Source of the DNA: Phoronis australis
Taxonomy: Eukaryota > Animalia > Phoronida
Assembly: GCA_002633005.1 (NCBI GenBank)
Contig: NMRA01000012.1
Coordinates: 1,705,837-1,769,836, forward strand
Direction of reading: 5' to 3'
DNA length: 64,000 nt
Positions 46,401 to 64,000 of the stretch are shown here, piece by piece. A program made the position numbers and the translations under genes. The notes beneath the pieces were generated by a model. The model saw nothing but the letters and a program-made list of their open reading frames with translations. It was not told where the DNA came from and searched no databases. The number at the start of each line of letters is the position of its first letter. The stretch's first letter is position 1.

Positions 46401-49400
46401 AAGGTTGGCATTCCTGGGTCAACTACTGGTTCTCATAAACTATCATACCATCACTGGCTCTTTAGTTCTTTGCATGTGTAGTTAATGGCAGAGACCATAT
46501 CTCCTCTGCTGGCTAATTAATAAGATGCAGTTGTACTGGCATGCTAACTAGGTCACCTAGTAAATTGTCTTTGTGTCTTCCTAGTGGTGGTTGCATATTT
46601 GTCTGGCTGGACAGATCTCCTCAGAAATAACCCTTAGCTTTTCTGTGACCTAAGGGGTGTACTTGTAGTGACTCAAAAGGTGGGTGGAATTTCATTAGAC
46701 AAATGCCGATTGAATATTACAATTTAGTAGCAAAAAGTTTCATCACCATTAACAAAAAATATGTGAAAGTCTCAGACAGTGCTAATTAGGCCAAACTGAA
46801 TTTGCCAACTTCAAACTGGAATTATTCAAATTTACCCATCTTCTCATTGAGCTAATCAATGAACTCCATTCATCCATCTTGTATTAGATTTCACAGCGCT
46901 GCATGGGGCTTAACGGAGTAGTGAATGTTAAAAGATAGCATTTTTGTGAACTCGAATGAGGTCATCTCATCTTTTAGAAATAGACTGTTATCAGGTTCTT
47001 AAATTATCTCTAAAAAATAGCATTTTCACCCTCTCCTTTGCCAAAAGCAAAAATGTCAGTAATGGGAAAAGTTGCAAGAGTCACCTTTGCTGGCGCTTTG
47101 CTGATGGTTTTAGTTTCCCCAAAGCTGCTAGTGTTTCTGATCTAAGAGCACTTTCGTAGCCAGACAGCTTACTTCAAAGGACACTTACGTACATGTGCGG
47201 ATCTTTGGTTTTGTTAGGTTTGGTAGAAAGTCTCAGTGAAGGTGCTGCAATATCAAGTTTCGTTCTTAAAGTGCTCCTAGTGGTGGGGAAATAAACTAAT
47301 GTGCTGGACAAATGGTCACTTGTAGCAGACTTGTCTGGCTAAAATGCAGGATTGCTTTTTGCCTCTGAAAGCTGCCTGCAGTTTTACCATTCATGTGATT
47401 CTAACTGTATATTTTGTTGCCAATAGTGATGAAGATGGACATTTCATTGTCCTTGCTAAGTTTTCCCTGAGGCTGCCTTTTGTGAATGCGCATTACCAGT
47501 TGTGATTAGCTTTGTGAGAATGTATTGAGCAATAGTGCTGGTATTTTTGTGTCTACATTCTAGTTACTAGTAGTATTGACAGAGATCAGTTTAGAAAAGA
47601 ACACGCCTATGGGTCAATTGACCCAACGACGACCTTCTAATCTGTCGGTCGATTTAAAAAAACCTAAGTTGTATGAGGTTAGTTTTTTGTGCCGTTTATG
47701 GATTAGAGTTTTTGGGCGGCATCGTGTGTGTGATTTCGCATACTATTCTATTTCATCACATGACTAGTGGCTGGTCTGAACATTGTGCTGTATTTCAATC
47801 CACAGTTGGTATAATTTTTTATTTTTCTTAATATGGCCCTCATTGCCTTTGTTTTATAATCTGATCTCATTTGCATAATTCCTGTTGCGAGACAAAATAA
47901 GACAAGATTGCCTATGAATCCGGCTGGCCTAGTACAGCAACCATAGTGCCTCAATGTAAGTTTTATGAGCCATTGACGTGAGCACCAAAAAGTGGGACAT
48001 GATCCTAAGATTATCTCTGTATTAGTCATGGTTAATGAAGCATTACATCTTCATATTATTACAGTATGATCGGTTAAGTTTCATGGTTTGACTAGGTCCA
48101 ATGTCACAGCAAGTGTTCTGCACCACAGAAAATCCAAACTTGACAAGAAGTTTATGTTCAAAGGTCCATGATCATACTTTGTATTAAGTCTTGCAATAAA
48201 TACACTGAGCTTGTTCAAAAAGTTCAAAATGCCCCATTGGCTTGTCTTCCAAAAGTCATTGACAAAAATAAGCCAAACTCGGCATTACAAATTCAATCAA
48301 ACTCCTCGCTGCTATGAGTCAAAACAGGTTGTGGAGAACACTGAGTCAACCTTGATTTGATTTGTCATTAAATAAATGCAGGGAGCCTTGTAGATGAATG
48401 TTCTGTTGCCTAATTCTCTGTCAGTGTCAACTAGGAATGCTCTGCTGTAAAAGGAAAGAAACAAGCTCTAGACTGTTGCATATGCCTCAATACAAAGAAA
48501 GGATAGCTGTTGGGGGTATTTTGCCTTTGTTAAAATATTACCAAATGTTACACATTCTGTCCTGCTGATTATACACTGTGCCCAAGTGATGGTTGCGAAA
48601 AACTGCTGCCTGAGTAGAGGACAGTCTTCATTTTGGGTAACCAGCGGTATGAAGTGGTCAGTTATGAAATTTGTACCATCCACTTGTTTCTGCTTCAATG
48701 AGAAACGTTTTCTGGAAAGGGAAGGGAAAAGAACTGATTATATTTTTCTTTGTTGCTTGAAATCAGGCTCTAGTTGTTTTGCAGGGCCTGAAGCAATTGA
48801 CAATGCGACCTGGCATAATTCCTAGATTGAGAAATGGAAAACAAGCTTGCTGAAACAAGCCAACCCCCGCATGTGGGGGTGAGAAAGTCCTGGTCCATAC
48901 TAATGACATTTATTTGACAACAGTCCAAAGTTTAAGAAATGGGATATCTGAATTGAAGAACTATCAAATGGAACGAATGCCCTGCCGAGGTCCTGAGATT
49001 GCCCAGGCGGCCTAATCTTTGTACTTGAAATCGAATTCAAGCTTATTTTTGACATTTTTCGATCTACTTTGGTTCAAACCCAGGATAATTGTCTGCTATT
49101 CTGTTCTCAACTATAGTATTGTTCATGAGTTGGAAAGTTCTTGCAATCTCAAGTTTTTACTCAAGTTTGTAGCTTGAATCTTGAGGTCATCAATTGCGAT
49201 CTTTGTCGCTCATACAGCCATAATATACTCACCTATCTTGATTTTGTATTAAAATAGAATGGAAAATGTCAGAAATAATTCGAGTTCAGAGATTCTGTCA
49301 GAAGCCCAAAAACCACTTCCCATCTTAGTAAGGAACATGTTGAGACCTGAGCCGGGGGGGCTTATCTTTTTAATAAAAAATTAAAATTATTTTTGGCATT

Positions 49401-51800
49401 TTCTTCTTTTGCGCGAACTCCAGAGTGCCTCATTTTCTATGCTCTACGACATAAAATGGCTTAGGCGAACTACTGTCTAATCAATGTTTGTACTTGATGA
49501 CTCCAACTTAAAGACTAAAAGTTTGAGTCTGAACTCAAAATTTCAAGTCTACTTGAATCTCGAGTCTGTTCTTCAAATGTTGGGGTCATCAAGTGCGAAA
49601 CTTATGCATAAACCATAATGTGCTCGAGCACAGAATGATGGACACTTACCTGGAGTCTACAGAGAAGTAGAATAGAAAGTGCCAAAAATATTTTCAGTTT
49701 CAAGTAAAAAGATTAGACCTCAGGCCCAGGCGTGCGTTCTGTTGATGTGAGACTCCCGAAAACACAAGATCACGCAAGGCTTATAGTGAGATATTGACTC
49801 GCGCCAGAGCGTAGTAGAAGCAACTGAAGCAAGCATGTGATCCCATTAGCTTCCAATTCTTCGCAACGCACGCCAGGTCTAAGGCGGTATACTGTTAGGC
49901 AATTAATTACTCTGAATACCGCAAGCATACAGAGGCAATAGTACATCCCCATAGAAAGTTACCCATCGCAAAATACAGCGAATAAAATCGAATGAACATG
50001 CATATATGCACACTGAGCTTTAATTAACACATACCGTGACTGGATACAATTTAGTCAACATAACTTGAACATGTTATTGAAAATCTGTCGCAGTTCACTC
50101 GAGTTTCTCTTGCCCGGTGCCATTTTGAGGAAGTTGCGTGAAATCATGCCTTTTAACGAAAAAAAGTCCAAGGGACACAAATGGTACAAATTCCACCTGA
50201 TAGCTTTCCATGCTATTTTGCAATTGTTACGCGCCAGGTTACGCGCTTCGCTCAGAAAGCGTTGCTGAAGAAAGTTTAAGCACATTTTAAAGTGACGATT
50301 TTAAGTGTAAAATGTATTTTTGACGATGTGAAAACCTCTTGCTGAGTGGATTTAACCTATGGTCCGTTTAAAATACACGGGATGAAATTCATACAGAAAG
50401 CGATGGGAAGTAGTGTAGCCCCTAACTGGCCAACCGAGAGGGGCTACGTAGTATACCGTGTGTTATCTAAATCAAAAGTTTGCATGATTCATGTGCTTTT
50501 CTGTCACTACTTGACTGTCATCTGATGGTAGACAATTCCAGAACCTCGGCGTACCCTGAGAAAGACTCACACCCAGGAAGGACCTATTCAGCATTTGGGT
50601 GGAGATTGTATCGACACGATTAATTGCAAACTTGTCAAGATACAGTACTTAAATGCTTTGATGTTTGGAAAAATAATATTCCCTGACCAAATATGCTGTA
50701 CTTGCTGTGCTAGGGTCATGAATGGACCTGTTCTTACTGATTATTATGCTTACCGTGTTATTCCCAAAAATGCAGCCAGTGGTATTATTTGGCCTACTTT
50801 CTTACTAGAAATGAATGCCTTCTTATTCTTATTCTTCTTTGCTTTACTGTTTTGTTTTCGTTTGTTTGCAAGTGTTGGGCATGAGACCAATTACAATGCT
50901 GGCCTATTGTGTAAGGAGTCAAAACATCCTGCATATAGAACTTTAGTTTGGTCAGGAAGTTCACAGAAAATTTGCCCAGCTTGGTTTCAAGGCAGAAAAT
51001 TTGCCAAGCTTGGTTTCATGTTAGCAATAGAGTATTTATTACAACTTGCTCTTTCATTTCATAACACAGTCTTCTGTTGACATTTTTGCAATTCAAATTT
51101 TATCTGTGTAACCATCTAGAAAATAGCAAATTGAGTAAGGGTATCTGATTACAATCAGTTATAAATGCCTGCATTATTAGAAAGCAGGAGAACACAAACT
51201 AATTTCTTCTGGTCCAGTAATTGTGCACCTATGATGCATGATGTGGTTAGTTTTATCCACTTGGGATTCACAAAGGCAGGGGATCCAAGACAATGGTTGA
51301 GGAAGCTTATGCAGAGGCTAGACTAGGAAAGTACAAACTTGTACTTCCTAGTTGAAATGCACTAATTGTTATTTGCCATCTCTAGATTCATTTTCCTCCA
51401 TGCTTCCTCTTTTATCTGTGGTCATTTCTCTCATCTTAAAACAAAAGCCTTTTCCTATTTCCAAAAAATCTTACCAATTTAGGACAGGACATTGTGGACA
51501 AGTGAATTTTTTTATTTTTTTGCATGTTTTATTGATAATATCAGATTTATCCTTTGCCATGTTCAAGTTCTGTTCCAAAGCTAGCATCGGAAAATAATTT
51601 TTATTAAAATGTTTTCTTTTAAACTTGGTAATGTCAATTTTCAATGCATATCAGATCAGAAAGACATGTCACTTGCAATGTTGTGACATCTGTATTGAAA
51701 TACTAGACTGGCTGTTGATGGCATTCCGAAACAAAGTAGTCTATCCAAGAATTACTTAACATTTGTGTTCACTACCATTCAACACTCACAACTGGAACCA

Positions 51801-51856
51801 TGCACGCGTGCATGCACAGGCACGCACACGCACACGCACACACACACGCTCACACA
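51801..51856. repeat. (CA/GCAC)n microsatellite
   Basis: gcacgcacacgcacacgcacacacacacgctcacaca. Confidence 0.8.
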
Positions 51857-52272
51857 AAATAAACTCACTGTGTCTCTTTTAACTTATTGTCTGGGAATAA
51901 TGTTGCAAGTGTTTAATTATGTCGTAATATAAAAGCTCGTCTTAATCACTCTCTTATGGGCAATTACTCCTTGGCCCATCAGTCCACATGCTAAAACATC
52001 ATGCTGTAGACTGGGTTTGACTTCAGCCTGTGGTATGGGTGTTTTACTACGTATCACGGGGAGTTCATATGTCTTCAGTCCGTTATTTAAAACAGTGAAA
52101 TTCTTGTCATCATTTATTTGATACAAAGGACAAACATTGTTCATTATACATTGATATGCTTATAAAGCCTCGTGTATTTTACCTTACAGGCTCTCGTAAC
52201 TGAATGAGTGCGCATCACCTTGCCCCGATTTAACCAGTAGGTGAGCCAGGGCTGAGCGGGGCCACCATTGCT

Positions 52273-62932
<10,660 letters not shown>

Positions 62933-64000
62933 GTGAGCATCTGAACATAAATAACTTGATAACTGGGTATCTCATTACAACCTGTGAGTCACTTTACTGT
63001 GGTGCTGCTTAGATGTTGCTCCGAGGTTGAAGGGAGACACTCGGTTATTGGGGCTTTTATGTTAGAGTTGTATGTTGCAACTGGGGTTTGTGTACAGAAG
63101 CAAACCCCTCTTGGTGCCCCAATCCTAGCTTGTAGCATGACTGTTACTTGTCGTATCCCTGCGGGTACCTCTCACTTTTAAGGTTCTCATGTGCTTGTGT
63201 AATTTAATAAACTGTTGGAGATTGCATGGTTTGAAGCTCCTCGCCTTACTTGTGGAGTGATGTCAGTTTCTTAAGTGACACTCTGCGCTGATGTTTGTTT
63301 CTGTGCCGTGAGTGTAAGCTTTGAGAACTTTCATAGTACTTTATTTTTAAAAAAGAATTAGACTGTACCTTTTCTGGGCAAGTATTGGTGAAATTTGAAG
63401 CCAAAATTTACAATTAATGTTCAAACCGTTTTGTGCTTACCTATTTTTTGTCCAATTTCCTTCTGTGTTTTGCCATAACTTGACTAAGCCAAACGAATTT
63501 CAACGAAAATCATCCGTTTGTGAAAACGTGGGTGAACTGCAGCTGTGAGTTGTGAGACTACACTTGAAAACAAGAGTAATTAGAAAAAAATTACCATTTA
63601 CCCATCACCACTACTAATTCTGTTAACAGCAAAAATGACTAGTAATAACCATCAAATTCTAAATACAGAATGGCCTTTCTTTTTAATTCCCCTTCGTTCT
63701 CGACCATGAGGGGAGACTAGTCTGAGAGTGAGTTTGGCTTCCTCCCAGTCATCATGACGAGGGAATTCCGGGTCATTTTGTATGAACACTTTCGGCTTAT
63801 ACTGAATAGCTTGAAAGGGTTGCCAAGTCTTCAAAGTCATATAAAAGATGGCCAGCTCTAGTTAATGTCTTGCTATGGCTCAAAGAACTCATTTGATAGC
63901 ATCAAACCATGCTGGGTGAGGTAGTCAATGTTTTTCAAAAGTTTCTGATACCTTGTTGAAAATGGAAAGGATCGATCAACTAATTCTTTTCTCATTTACA

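Noticed and set aside
50595-51080. 161-aa ORF and the many other 60-150 aa ORFs in the track (for example 3197-3631 and 40304-40669)
   Set aside because: No recognisable domains, AT-rich intronic or UTR composition, and often non-ATG starts; consistent with chance ORFs.

Overview
This is AT-rich, intron-rich animal genomic DNA, probably from an invertebrate, with two N-gaps (2112-2272, 33275-33417). Three spliced protein-coding genes can be rebuilt by hand with consistent GT-AG junctions and reading phases. (1) ROGDI on the minus strand: 11 coding exons, 28387->5045, 261 aa; the ORF track misses most of it. (2) A VPS37B/C-like ESCRT-I subunit on the minus strand: 4 coding exons, 40882->36380, 207 aa. 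(3) A TAO kinase on the plus strand: 10 coding exons from 52273, running past the window end, probably sharing a bidirectional promoter with VPS37 at about 42.4-42.7 kb. The introns hold a decayed D34D mariner, an RNase H-bearing LINE 3' fragment, many MITE and foldback elements, minisatellites and degenerate Penelope-type hammerhead motifs. The most notable feature is a miniature LTR retrotransposon (TRIM) at 26767-27781 whose two short LTRs each carry a tRNA-like Pol III promoter (Helenus/Cassandra-like design). It has a tRNA-Ser primer-binding site, a polypurine tract and a near-perfect 4-bp target-site duplication (TSD), and it is split at the LTR/PBS junction by a DNA element. Also notable is a MITE inserted into the ROGDI exon-3 splice donor that now supplies donor positions +4 to +6. 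All homology calls are from recognition of motifs, not database searches.
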